Assembly (NCBI GenBank): GCA_963731325.1 | Contig: CAVSUL010000008.1 | Location: 15,101 to 79,100, forward strand | Length of the DNA: 64,000 nt | From: an uncultured Verrucomicrobiae bacterium | GTDB lineage: Bacteria > Verrucomicrobiota > Verrucomicrobiia > Chthoniobacterales > JAFAMB01 | Reading direction: 5' to 3' | Part shown: one piece after another, positions 27,461-36,417 of the stretch | Layout of the letters: each line of letters starts with the position of its first letter | Numbering within the stretch: position 1 is the stretch's first letter | Made by a program: the position numbers and the translations under genes | The notes under the pieces: generated by a model | Databases searched by the model: none | What the model saw: the letters and a program-made list of their open reading frames with translations, nothing else | What the model was told of the DNA's origin: nothing

Positions 27461-27888
27461 AGGTTATTCTCACTTGCCGGGGTAAGTATTCCTGCCGGGC
27501 GTCTCTACTTCGTCCGGTAAGATCCAACCACAGTTTGAGCAACACTTCTTCGAAGTGTCTCCGCCCGGTCCTCGGCAGCGGCGGCAAGGCCGCTGGCGAC
27601 AGTGACGAGCCTATCGGGCGACCGCAGCGGCTAATGAGAAGCTCCGGTTCCACTCACGCGATCCTGGAAAGAATCCAAGCTTCAGTTGGATCCACCGCTT
27701 CAGGGCAGAGGACTAATCCCAATCCGCCCAGAAAAGCTAAAACCCCGCTAAACCAAGCTTGGGCTACCACGTAGGCTGTAACCCTGCCACGCGCCCTCCG
27801 GTCTCGGCCTCTTTTCTGACTTGTTATTGACCGGCCAAATCCGGTAAAGTGTAATTTCGCTGTTAGGAATATAACCAAGGAGGAACTT

Positions 27889-28092
27889 CTGAAACGGATC
27901 GGACTCTCCCCTTCACGGGTCCTTTTATCGGGTCTCGTCGCAGTACTATTTTTCGGTCTAAACCTCCCCTCTCCGAGCCGGCATTCTCCTTATTGCGGGG
28001 CTTGGGCAAACCTCAATTCAGACGAGGGCGGCCTCAATGCCGGGATCACCGGCTCCATTTTCATCTGCGGCCAGTACCAGTACGAAAACTAA
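27889..28092 (+). CDS. speculative 67-aa secreted peptide ORF with non-canonical CTG start
   Basis: A consensus SD AAGGAGG (27877-27883) lies 5 nt before CTG 27889. The open frame gives (M)KRIGLSPSRVLLSGLVAVLFFGLNLP..CGAWANLNSDEGGLNAGITGSIFICGQYQYEN*. There is no in-frame ATG, GTG or TTG start. Confidence 0.15.
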   Translation: MKRIGLSPSRVLLSGLVAVLFFGLNLPSPSRHSPYCGAWANLNSDEGGLNAGITGSIFICGQYQYEN

Positions 28093-28296
28093 AGCCCAGA
28101 GCCGCACTGCCGGTGCGGTCAACCCGGGTCCTATAGCATGGTAACGCACCACATGAACACGCTGAACACACCCCACAAAAACGCTGGAGCAACAATCACC
28201 TAGCTTAGCCCCCTCCTGGCCGCCCTAAGCGTTACAGGAGCTGGCTCGGCTCACGTATGGCGATCGAAACGGAAAGCGTGTCCCCTCGTTAGCACC

Positions 28297-29514
28297 GTGC
28301 GGACTGTGAGCGGCAACGCGCGATCCACCCAAAGCAGGGCAAGCGCGAAACCGAAGCATGCTCAATCGAAATCCCGGGCTCTGCTCACCATCCTGCTGAT
28401 CGCGCCCCTTATCCTTGCGGCCGCAAGCGGCGCGAACGCGCAGAACATCGTCGGCCCCACAGCGCCAGGGTCGCCAATAACCAGCACCGTGAATGTGACC
28501 CAGCCGGGGCTTACCGTCGTAGGCAACACCACAATCGACGTTACCAGCGGCAACGGTATATCTAACTTTAGCGGCGGCGCGCTGATTCTCGACACCACCG
28601 AGGGACCGATCTCAATAACCGCCCCCGGTAGTGGCGTGTTTGCGGACGGGTCTCCCGCGTCGATCACAGGCAGCACCGCCGGTTCCTTGCTGATGGTCAC
28701 TGGAGGCGCTAACGGCGTGGACGCTCAAAATGGCTCTGCACTGAACCTCCCCGACGGCGCCACCGTTGTGTCCAACGCCGCCGGCGGCGCCGGCGTCCGC
28801 ATCGGAGGCAGCGATTTCGCTGTTGGTGCAATCGGTAACATGACGAATGTCAACATTACTACAACGGCAGCGAGTGAGAGCGGGCTGGCAGCCACCCGTT
28901 TGGGTACCGACGCGACGATGATAGGTGGGAGCATCACGTTATTGGGCAATGGCGGCCAAGGCCTGTTCGTAGATACCCGGGGGGTGGCCAACCTCACCAA
29001 CGTCGCAATCACGACGGATGGGTCCGGTACAACTGGAGCCTTTGCCGAGTCAACGTTAGGGGGAACCGCACCGACACGCCAGACCTTCGGCAGCGGAACG
29101 ATCAACATCACCGGCGGCTCGATCATGACCTCAGGCGTCAACTCCACAGGTGCCTTCGCCGACGGCGTGCCCTCAACGATTACGCTCAACGGCACAGAGG
29201 TCACCATCAACGGCGATAATAGTGCGGCCTATAACGCCAACGCCGGCACCATCACCGCCACGAACACCACCACCCTGACTGCCGGTGCATCGTCGCCAGC
29301 GGGCGTACTCAGCAATGGCGGCAGACTTACGATCAATGGCGGGCACGTGACGACTAAGGGCGCGGCTAGCTTTGGGTTCCTTGTTCATCCGGTGAGCCCC
29401 GTGCCTGCGTTGACCCCCGGGGGTCTGGGACCGGCATTGGATCCCGAGGGGAACCCGATCCTGACCGATTTGACTCCTGTAACGATACCCGGAACCCGGG
29501 GCCCAACATGCTGA
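28297..29514 (+). CDS. autotransporter passenger domain, N-terminal part (signal peptide plus Gly/Thr-rich beta-helix repeats)
   Basis: Extended signal region ..KSRALLTILLIAPLILAAASGANAQ, followed by repetitive G/T/N-rich passenger sequence. The ORF ends 7 nt after the next ORF's ATG, in a different frame. Confidence 0.7.
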   Translation: MRTVSGNARSTQSRASAKPKHAQSKSRALLTILLIAPLILAAASGANAQNIVGPTAPGSPITSTVNVTQPGLTVVGNTTIDVTSGNGISNFSGGALILDTTEGPISITAPGSGVFADGSPASITGSTAGSLLMVTGGANGVDAQNGSALNLPDGATVVSNAAGGAGVRIGGSDFAVGAIGNMTNVNITTTAASESGLAATRLGTDATMIGGSITLLGNGGQGLFVDTRGVANLTNVAITTDGSGTTGAFAESTLGGTAPTRQTFGSGTINITGGSIMTSGVNSTGAFADGVPSTITLNGTEVTINGDNSAAYNANAGTITATNTTTLTAGASSPAGVLSNGGRLTINGGHVTTKGAASFGFLVHPVSPVPALTPGGLGPALDPEGNPILTDLTPVTIPGTRGPTC

Positions 29515-31418
29515 CAATCAATTCCGCGACGGTAAACTCGGCGGCGGACGCTTTCCATGTGACCGGCGCAGCTGCCGATATCACAGTCAACGGATCAACC
29601 GTCACGAGCAGCAATGGGGTGCTGCTTAAGACTGTATCGTCTGGCACCACCAACTTGACTGCCACCGGTTCGCAACTGACCGGGGACATCCTTGCGGATT
29701 CGGACAGCTCAGCGGACGTTAAATTGACGGGTTCAACCGTCCTGACCGGGGCCATTCAGCCAGAGCCAACCCTAACCGGCGCAAGCGGCCTCAATCCGGC
29801 CGAGTCAATCCCGGTATCGCTGCCCGAGAATGTTAACCTCACGGTTGATGGTACGAGCACATGGAACATGACGGCGAGTTCGACGCTTAACGACCTTACC
29901 GTAAGCGACCAAGCCCGGATCAATTTTCCTTCGCCGAGTAGTTTTCACACCTTAGTCGTTAACAACTTGGTAGGAACCGGCGCTACGTTCGGCATGAATG
30001 TCGATCTGCCAGCGTTCCAGGGAGATTTGCTGGTAGTTCAGAAGGCGAGCCAAGGTGCTCACTTGCTCGCGATAAGCAACATTAACCAGGGCGCTGACCC
30101 GGCGGCGAACAAAGCTCTGCTGGTTGTCATGACTCACGATGGCCAGGCTACCTTTTCCAGCAACCTGGTCGACGCGGGAACCTTCAGGTATGAAGTCCAG
30201 CGCGGAAACCAGACCCCCGTGACGCCAAATGAGAATAACTGGTACCTGGTGCGTGCCGATGAAAGCGGGAATGGCGGGAATGGCAGTCCTGAAAATGGAC
30301 ATGAGCCTGGTCCCTCTCCGCCCCTTATCCCAGAACCGTCCCCTGGACCTGCTGAGCCCGAGGTTTACCCACAACCAGTTGACCGGATCGAGGCCCTGAC
30401 AAACACGGCCAACGCCGCGATCGGGACTTATACTTCTACCATTCCGCTCTACTACGCCGATATGCAGACCCTGGTCGAGCGGCTGGGAGAACTGCGGTTA
30501 GGTATTGAGGCGGCACCCCCTCCGGTTGCTCCCGCTCCGGCGGAAGTCGGAAAAGGGATTGTTGAGTCAAAAAAGGAGGTTGCACCCCCAACGCCGCCGC
30601 CAACGAGCGAGTGGGCTGTCTGGGCCAGAGGATTCGGTAACGGTATGCGGATCAATAACGGTGTCAGCCGCGTCTTTGACCAGAATGTCGGCGGGTTCCA
30701 GATCGGAGCCGACAAGCGCTTTGGATCACTCTGGAATGGTGATCTCGACCTTGGCGTATTCGGCGGTTATATCTATGCCGCGCGCGATTTCAAAGATGGA
30801 GGCGATGGCTCAAGCAACGCCCTCAGCCTTGGCGCCTATGCTACCTGGATCCATCCCCAGGGGTGGTACGTCGATGTAGTCGGCAAATACACCCAGATGT
30901 GGAACTATTTCAGCACACCGACCTCGGGGACAATCGTTGCTTCGTCGACCGGTTACTACAACATTCCAACAGTTGGCGGTTCACTGGAAGTCGGTAAACG
31001 TTTTGATTTTGCCGATCACCGCTTTTTTATCGAGCCGCAAGCGCAACTGGCAGGCGTCTGGGAAAACGGGATGCATTACACGGCCAGTAAGGGTCTGCAC
31101 GTGGATGGCGATGATCAAACCTCTCTGCAGGGCCGGCTCGGCGGCCGCGTAGGAATGCATTTTGACCTTTCTGGAAGCTGCGCCGTTGAGCCTTATGCGA
31201 AAGCGGAATTCATCGAGGAGTTCCTGACGGGCAACACCGTCAGGACCAATACCACGGATTTTAACAGCCATCTGTCCGGAGCGACGGGAAGGTTCGGTGG
31301 TGGTGTCACGGCCAAAATCAGCCAGTCAGTCTACCTCTATGGTGAATATGACTATGCCACCGGGGACCACATTGAGGCGCCCTGGGCAGTGACTGCGGGG
31401 CTGAGATGGCAATGGTGA
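29508..31418 (+). CDS. autotransporter passenger continuation plus C-terminal beta-barrel translocator domain
   Basis: Beta-domain pattern ..WAVWARGFGNGMRINNG..GGFQIGADKRF..LGAYATWIHPQGWYVDVVGKY.. with terminal ..AGLRWQW*. The frame stays open upstream of ATG 29508. Confidence 0.8.
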   Translation: MLTINSATVNSAADAFHVTGAAADITVNGSTVTSSNGVLLKTVSSGTTNLTATGSQLTGDILADSDSSADVKLTGSTVLTGAIQPEPTLTGASGLNPAESIPVSLPENVNLTVDGTSTWNMTASSTLNDLTVSDQARINFPSPSSFHTLVVNNLVGTGATFGMNVDLPAFQGDLLVVQKASQGAHLLAISNINQGADPAANKALLVVMTHDGQATFSSNLVDAGTFRYEVQRGNQTPVTPNENNWYLVRADESGNGGNGSPENGHEPGPSPPLIPEPSPGPAEPEVYPQPVDRIEALTNTANAAIGTYTSTIPLYYADMQTLVERLGELRLGIEAAPPPVAPAPAEVGKGIVESKKEVAPPTPPPTSEWAVWARGFGNGMRINNGVSRVFDQNVGGFQIGADKRFGSLWNGDLDLGVFGGYIYAARDFKDGGDGSSNALSLGAYATWIHPQGWYVDVVGKYTQMWNYFSTPTSGTIVASSTGYYNIPTVGGSLEVGKRFDFADHRFFIEPQAQLAGVWENGMHYTASKGLHVDGDDQTSLQGRLGGRVGMHFDLSGSCAVEPYAKAEFIEEFLTGNTVRTNTTDFNSHLSGATGRFGGGVTAKISQSVYLYGEYDYATGDHIEAPWAVTAGLRWQW

Positions 31419-31558
31419 AATTAGCTATCTTGCAGGCTAGCGGAATGCGCCGGCACATGCGTCGCACCAGGCGCGGATCTGGTTGAGCTCGTTCGCCAGG
31501 CAAAGGCTGCCATTTTTCAATTGTACTCCTTAGACTCTAGCGTCGACTACCGCATTTC

Positions 31559-31676
31559 GACAACCTGGCAGTTGGCTTATTCGGCGGTTATTCTCACACC
31601 TGGGCCAACCTCAGGCCTACTGGAAGCGCCGATGTCGATACTGGCCGCGGCGGACTCTATGCAACCTGGTTTGACC
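31559..31676 (+). pseudogene. orphan fragment of an autotransporter beta-barrel domain
   Basis: Frame-2 translation DNLAVGLFGGYSHTWANLRPTGSADVDTGRGGLYATWFD parallels DLDLGVFGGYIYAARDF..SLGAYATWIH in the intact gene. It is bounded by a stop at 31538-31540 and loses similarity at about 31680. Confidence 0.45.
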
Positions 31677-31689
31677 GGGGACGGAATCC

Positions 31690-32010
31690 AAATACGCGAT
31701 CCGGCTTTATCAACTGCTCCAGCGCTGGGCCTTCGCCGGAAAGAAACGAATAACCGTGGACGAATTTCAGCCGAGTTTGCGCTGAATGCCAAGCAAGCAG
31801 AAGCTCTGGCGGATTAATATCGCGCGCGACGGAATCACTTACCTGTTGGAGGAGGCGGAGATCGTCCGCACTGAGCCCAGACAGAATGCTGCTAGAGCCT
31901 TTTTCGCAGCGCTCCGCGACGATTGGAAAAAGCCGCAGGCGATTGTAAACCCGCAGAAGGCGGAGAAAGCGAAGGAAAGGCAAGCGGCCGCTCGTCGCAA
32001 AAAAAGCTGA
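31690..32010 (+). pseudogene. plasmid/phage-type replication initiator (winged-helix Rep-like) remnant with in-frame TGA
   Basis: Reads ..KYAIRLYQLLQRWAFAGKKRITVDEFQPSLR*(TGA 31783)MPSKQKLWRINIARDGITYLLEEAEIV... The 'KYAIRLYELL..G...I(S/T)(L/V)(D/E)EF' block is typical of Rep initiators. An in-frame TGA also lies immediately upstream (31675-31677). Confidence 0.4.
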
Positions 32011-32116
32011 AGAGGAAGCGGAGCTAACTAAGGCTCCTCCTTCGCTAAAGCTTCGGCGGACACGGCGGATAAATTTTGCCCTTGTACCTTGCCAGAGACA
32101 CGTCAGTCGCCACTCG

Positions 32117-32420
32117 TCATTCTTCGACCTGCAATTTCAGCCGAGCCAGCGCGTCGTCCCACTGCCTGGATACCTGATCGAGATAGTTCCTCATCTCCTC
32201 GATCGATCGCGGCTCGAGTTCGAACAGGCTTTCGCGCCCGCGGTGCATGCTGCGCACCACTCTTGCGTTCTCCAGAACGCGGAGGTGTTTCGTCACGGCC
32301 TGGCGCGACAGTTTCGTGCCTGCAGTCAGACAAGAGCGAAGGAGGAAGTGCGCGACCTCGATCGAGGATGAACCACGAAGCGCGGAGTTTTCCGGTGAAA
32401 AGCCCCAGTTGCTTGCGGGC
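32117..32420 (-). pseudogene. ArsR/SmtB-family wHTH regulator, apparently disrupted at the 5' end (possible frameshift, no usable start)
   Basis: Recognition-helix region ..LSRQAVTKHLRVLENARVV..GRESLFEL.. with tail ..YLDQVSRQWDDALARL... A candidate N-terminal helix (..LRASWFILDRGRAL..) lies in another frame. The longest ORF obtains its start only from repeat sequence. Confidence 0.5.
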
Positions 32421-32512
32421 GCGCTCCGCGCGAATCCTAAAGCGGCGACAAGTCGCACGCACTCCACGACGCTCCACGAAACGTGAAACGCAAAACGCGA
32501 AACGTGAAACGC
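32420..32512. repeat. family A arm followed by GAAACGY heptamer array
   Basis: Sequence gcgctccgcgcgaatcctaaagcggcgacaagtcgcacgcactcc, then ccacgaa acgtgaa acgcaaa acgcgaa acgtgaa acgc. It ends 5 nt before the MNT stop codon. Confidence 0.85.
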
Positions 32513-32517
32513 CTTGC

Positions 32518-32883
32518 TCAAGCCGCTCTGATAAACACCCATTTGGCTAGACTCAGTTCCCGCCCAAATCGGGATGTCGATTCACTACCGCTGATTCGCT
32601 CCCATTCAACCTGGGTATAGATCAGCAGATCAACCGGTACTGAAAGGGCAGTTAGATCGTAGCGCGCCGAGCGTCGCTCCCAGGGGTCTCGGCATTCTCC
32701 GAGCACGAGTACAACATCGAGATCGCTGCCAACACCCCAATTACCTCTAGCGTACGAACCGATGTAACCAACCCGGAGAATGTTCTGGTCCGGCCGGGCG
32801 ACCAATTCGATCCAGCGCTGCAAATCGGCCAGAACGGCAGTATCATCCGGCCATTTTAGAACGCACGAATGCAATGATCTCAT
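32518..32883 (-). CDS. minimal nucleotidyltransferase (MNT) of a HEPN/MNT toxin-antitoxin pair
   Basis: Motif ..YIGSYARGNWGVGSDLDVVLVL.. (GSx10DxD). The start is set at ATG 32883 (MRSLHSCVLKWPDD..), overlapping the HEPN gene 3' end. Confidence 0.75.
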   Translation of the reverse strand: MRSLHSCVLKWPDDTAVLADLQRWIELVARPDQNILRVGYIGSYARGNWGVGSDLDVVLVLGECRDPWERRSARYDLTALSVPVDLLIYTQVEWERISGSESTSRFGRELSLAKWVFIRAA

Positions 32884-33235
32884 CGGCATAGAGAATGGCT
32901 TCTTTGCTTTGCAATGGCCCGTAATGCTCGAATGGCGGTCCTTCCGGATGGCCATTTGCGTACCGCGTCGGAACGTAAAAATTGTCGAGGACTTTAGCCT
33001 TTTCCACAAGTTGGGCAGGCGGTTTTCGCTGTTCCGGCAGTTCCACGAGAATGCGAGCGATGACATGGCCCCAGGCTTCCTGTCCGAGGTGATAATGAAG
33101 CGCTTTGGCCGCTTTTTCGGCAGCTTGTTGTGCCGCGAAGCAAGCCCATTCGTGGCGGCCGGCCGTCTGGGAATCTTTCGCCTGTTCGAGATCGCGTTCA
33201 GCCTGTCGAAACCAGTCCTTCGATCGGTTGGGCAT
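32843..33235 (-). CDS. HEPN-domain protein
   Basis: Reads MPNRSKDWFRQAERDLEQAKDS..AAQQAAEKAAKALHYHLG..PTRYANGHPEG (Rx4H). The start is set at ATG 33235 inside ORF 32843..33271. Confidence 0.8.
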   Translation of the reverse strand: MPNRSKDWFRQAERDLEQAKDSQTAGRHEWACFAAQQAAEKAAKALHYHLGQEAWGHVIARILVELPEQRKPPAQLVEKAKVLDNFYVPTRYANGHPEGPPFEHYGPLQSKEAILYADEIIAFVRSKMAG

Positions 33236-33273
33236 CAGTCTATCCTCGCCTGATCTCGTCGCTCTCCGCAACC

Positions 33274-33336
33274 GTTTCGCGTTTCGTGTTTCATGTTTCG
33301 CGTTTCATGTTTCGCGTTTCGCGTTTCATGTTTCAC
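33274..33336. repeat. heptamer tandem array (GTTTCRY, inverse orientation of the GAAACGY family), 9 units
   Basis: Units: gtttcgc gtttcgt gtttcat gtttcgc gtttcat gtttcgc gtttcgc gtttcat gtttcac. Confidence 0.9.
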
Positions 33337-33343
33337 GGTCATC

Positions 33344-33420
33344 GCTCAAACCGCTGAAGCCGCTCAAACCGCTCAAACCGCTCAAACCGCTCAAACCGCT
33401 CAAACCCGCTCAAACCGCTC
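33344..33420. repeat. 9-mer tandem array (GCTCAAACC), about 8 units
   Basis: Units: gctcaaacc gctgaagcc, then (gctcaaacc)x4, gctcaaaccc, gctcaaacc. The array ends 2 nt from the SBP stop codon (33423-33425). Confidence 0.9.
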
Positions 33421-33422
33421 CG

Positions 33423-34391
33423 TTATTTCTTCATCGCAGCGTCGACATCTTGAGCCGTAATCAACTTCACCGGTACATAGATTTCGCGATTAGCGGCATT
33501 ATCATAGTGCAGTTTTTCGCCGTTCATCAGTTTGGTGGCTAGATCAACCGTCATTCTGCCCATCTCGCGCGGTACCTGCTGGATCGTGGCACCCATTTGG
33601 CCGGCTTTGATTGCCTGGAGAGCAATCTCGTCTCCGTTGAATCCAACAACGTAAACATCTTTCACCCCGCTCTTGCCGGAGTCGGCAACGGCTTGGGCGG
33701 CTCCGACTGCCATCGGGTCGTTGCAGGAAAAAATCGCAGCGACATCGGGATGCGCGGAAAGGACGTCTTTGGCAACCCGATAACCTTCTTCCTGTTTGCT
33801 GTTTCCGGAAAGCGAAGCGACCACCTGGTATCCCAGCTCTTTGATGCGTTTTTCGAAACCCGCGTTCCGGCGAGCGGCGTACACCGCGCTCGGTTCGCAG
33901 GTGATCGAGGCAACTTTTTTGCTGTTGTTCGGTCGGGCTTTCAAAACAGCATCGATTTGGTTCGCGGCAATTATTCCGCCTTGCTCGTTGTTGGAGATCA
34001 CAATGACATCGTAATCCGTGCCGCCGCCGCCGATGTCGTCGACCACGACGGGAAGTTTCTTCTGTTTTGCCGCATCAACAATTGGGCCGAGCGCGTCCGG
34101 TTTAAAAGGCGAAATGATGAGGGCATTGATTCCTTGATCAATCAAATCCTGGGTGGCTGACACCATGGTTGATTCACTGCTTTTCTGATCAACCAAAACG
34201 TAATCATACCCGGCACTCTGGGCGGCTGCCCGAGTGCCTTTCTCCATTTCCTGGAAAAAGCCGTACTGCATATCATAAACTGAGAAACCGATTTTCTTTT
34301 TCGCGGTTTGAGCAGCGGAATGGTTCGGTGAGCCGCAGACCGCCAAAGCGGCGGAGATTGAAGCAACAAGATTGACGATTCTATTTTGCAT
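33423..34391 (-). CDS. sugar ABC transporter periplasmic binding protein (ribose-binding-protein-like, CUT2)
   Basis: Signal peptide MQNRIVNLVASISAALAVCG.., then ..KKIGFSVYDMQYGFFQEMEKG.. and a type I periplasmic binding fold pattern. Confidence 0.85.
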   Translation of the reverse strand: MQNRIVNLVASISAALAVCGSPNHSAAQTAKKKIGFSVYDMQYGFFQEMEKGTRAAAQSAGYDYVLVDQKSSESTMVSATQDLIDQGINALIISPFKPDALGPIVDAAKQKKLPVVVDDIGGGGTDYDVIVISNNEQGGIIAANQIDAVLKARPNNSKKVASITCEPSAVYAARRNAGFEKRIKELGYQVVASLSGNSKQEEGYRVAKDVLSAHPDVAAIFSCNDPMAVGAAQAVADSGKSGVKDVYVVGFNGDEIALQAIKAGQMGATIQQVPREMGRMTVDLATKLMNGEKLHYDNAANREIYVPVKLITAQDVDAAMKK

Positions 34392-34412
34392 GGGGTGTTA
34401 TGGATTTTGGGG

Positions 34413-35459
34413 TTATCTGAGGGGAGAGTTTGTTTCCGTTTCGGTAAGCGGTTGGGGGTTGAGGCCGCTTCTTCTGCTCCAGCGGTCCGCCAGGCGTTGC
34501 CGGATGCCTTGAATCGAAAGAGCAAGCAGGAGTACCAAGCCGACGGCGACGCGTTGCAGGAAAGCGTCGACGTGATTGAGATTAAGGACGTTGGCAAGCG
34601 TGGCGAAAAGAACGGCGGCAGCCACTGTGCCGAGAATGCTTCCCCGGCCGCCCGCAAGTCGCGTCCCGCCGAGAACGACTGTCGCAATGACATTGAGCTC
34701 AAATCCGGGTTCCAATCCAGGTCCGGCGGAGTAAAGCCTGGCACCGAGCAACACTGCCCCCAGGCCAGTAAACAAGCCGACGATCACAAATATCCAGATC
34801 ATTGTAGTCGGAACCGGAATCCCCGCGACCCAGGCCGCCTGGCGATTCGAACCGATCGCATACGCATAACGGCCCAAAGCGGTGCGATGCAGAATGAAAG
34901 CTCCGAGCACGGCGCACCCCAGAAAAACCAGGAACGGCACAGGCAGGCCCATGGTGTGTCCATTACCCCACCAAACGAACGATTTGACGCTACACCGTGC
35001 GGTTTGACCACCGGTAAGGATGAAGGTCACACCGCTCACCAGAAACATCGTTCCGAGCGTCGTGATGAAAGCCGGAATTCGCACCAGAGCAACCAGGGCG
35101 CCGTTAAAAAAACCGATGACGCCCCCCGTCACGATTGCCGCCAGGAACGCTGGGAAAACGCCTGGTCCTTTGGCCACTGAGACCGCGAGCCACGCGCAAA
35201 GTGCCTGGATCGATCCGACCGAGAGATCGAATGTCCCGGCGATAATAGCGATAGTCATACCGATTGCGGAAACTCCGACAAAAGCGCTTTGTCGAAGCAC
35301 GCTCAGGAGATTGTCCAACCCGACGAATTCCGGGGTGGTCAGGCCGGCGACGATCCAGATGGCAAGAGTGACCGCTGCGATCCCGAAACGCTCCCACAGC
35401 AAATCCCAGTCGACCGAGCTCACCGATCCACTTTGAACGACAGGATTTCCTTTGGTCAT
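34413..35459 (-). CDS. sugar ABC transporter permease (CUT2)
   Basis: Multi-TM protein with ..GGTRLAGGRGSILGTV... The start is set at ATG 35459 (MTKGNPVV..), downstream of the neighbouring gene's stop. Confidence 0.85.
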   Translation of the reverse strand: MTKGNPVVQSGSVSSVDWDLLWERFGIAAVTLAIWIVAGLTTPEFVGLDNLLSVLRQSAFVGVSAIGMTIAIIAGTFDLSVGSIQALCAWLAVSVAKGPGVFPAFLAAIVTGGVIGFFNGALVALVRIPAFITTLGTMFLVSGVTFILTGGQTARCSVKSFVWWGNGHTMGLPVPFLVFLGCAVLGAFILHRTALGRYAYAIGSNRQAAWVAGIPVPTTMIWIFVIVGLFTGLGAVLLGARLYSAGPGLEPGFELNVIATVVLGGTRLAGGRGSILGTVAAAVLFATLANVLNLNHVDAFLQRVAVGLVLLLALSIQGIRQRLADRWSRRSGLNPQPLTETETNSPLR

Positions 35460-35472
35460 GCGTTTCTTCCGG

Positions 35473-36417
35473 TCAGCGGAGTTCCGCTCGTTTGGTTTTG
35501 CCGATTTCCAGCGCATTGAAGGCCAGGGCGCCGAGCAGGAGAAGGCCGAGCGTCACGTTCTGATAGAAGACAGAGACGTTCAGCAGGTTCAGTCCATTGT
35601 TGATCACTGAGATCAGCACGCTCCCGAGCAGGGTCCCAACAATGGAAGCTTTGCCGCCGATCAACGGTGTGCCGCCAATGACCACGACAGCAATGGCTGA
35701 AAGTTCGAGTCCGGTGGCCAACCGACCGTTTCCAGTCAAAACCTGCGCACTGATAATGAGGCCCGAGAGAGCCGCCGTGATGCCGACCAGGGCAAACACT
35801 CTCCGCAAAACCAATGAGGTCCGCACGCCTACCCGCTGAGCGGATGCCAGGTTGCTGCCGGTCGCAAGGATATGCCTCCCGAACCTGGTCATCCGGAGGA
35901 CGAACCAGAAGATCAGGGCGAGCGTGAGCGCCAGAATCACCGGCGTGAAACCGCTGGAAAGAACTTTGTACTCGGTCCGGCCGTAAAGGTAAATATCCCG
36001 CCCCCCGGTGTAGATCAGCGCTGCCCCGCGGACGATGGTCAGCATGCCGAGTGTGGCAATAAAAGCAGGCACCTGGAGTTCGGTTACGATCAAGCCATTG
36101 ATCAAACCAATCACAGCGCCGCTGAAAAGGCCCACGCCGATGGCCGGTAAGACACCGATTGGCTGGACCAGACTCACTGTCACGCAACCGGCGAAAGCCG
36201 CGGTTGACCCGACCGAAAGATCAAAATTACCGCTGGCAATCGCGAGTGTCATGCCCAGGCCGACGACGGCAACGACGCTAGCACTGGTGCACACGTTCGA
36301 GAGATTACCAGGCGTGAGAAACCGCGGGGTGAGTATCGCGAATACTCCGCTGATTACGAGCAGAATGAGTCCTACTCGGGGAAAAGCGAAGCGACGGCGC
36401 GAAAGTAGATGATTCAT
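35473..36417 (-). CDS. sugar ABC transporter permease (CUT2)
   Basis: Multi-TM protein with ..GGTPLIGGKASIVGTLLG... Overlaps the ATPase gene by 4 nt. Confidence 0.85.
   Translation of the reverse strand: MNHLLSRRRFAFPRVGLILLVISGVFAILTPRFLTPGNLSNVCTSASVVAVVGLGMTLAIASGNFDLSVGSTAAFAGCVTVSLVQPIGVLPAIGVGLFSGAVIGLINGLIVTELQVPAFIATLGMLTIVRGAALIYTGGRDIYLYGRTEYKVLSSGFTPVILALTLALIFWFVLRMTRFGRHILATGSNLASAQRVGVRTSLVLRRVFALVGITAALSGLIISAQVLTGNGRLATGLELSAIAVVVIGGTPLIGGKASIVGTLLGSVLISVINNGLNLLNVSVFYQNVTLGLLLLGALAFNALEIGKTKRAELR

Noticed and set aside
27460-28300. Search for a structured ncRNA (tmRNA, 6S, RNase P, riboswitch) in the long spacer upstream of the autotransporter
   Set aside because: I could not identify conserved ncRNA signature sequences or a tag-peptide reading frame by eye. 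A covariance-model scan is needed before any claim.
32089-32550. Plus-strand 153-aa ORF and other overlapping ORFs across the ArsR/repeat region
   Set aside because: They are Arg-rich shadow frames of the ArsR-like gene, the repeat arm and the heptamers.
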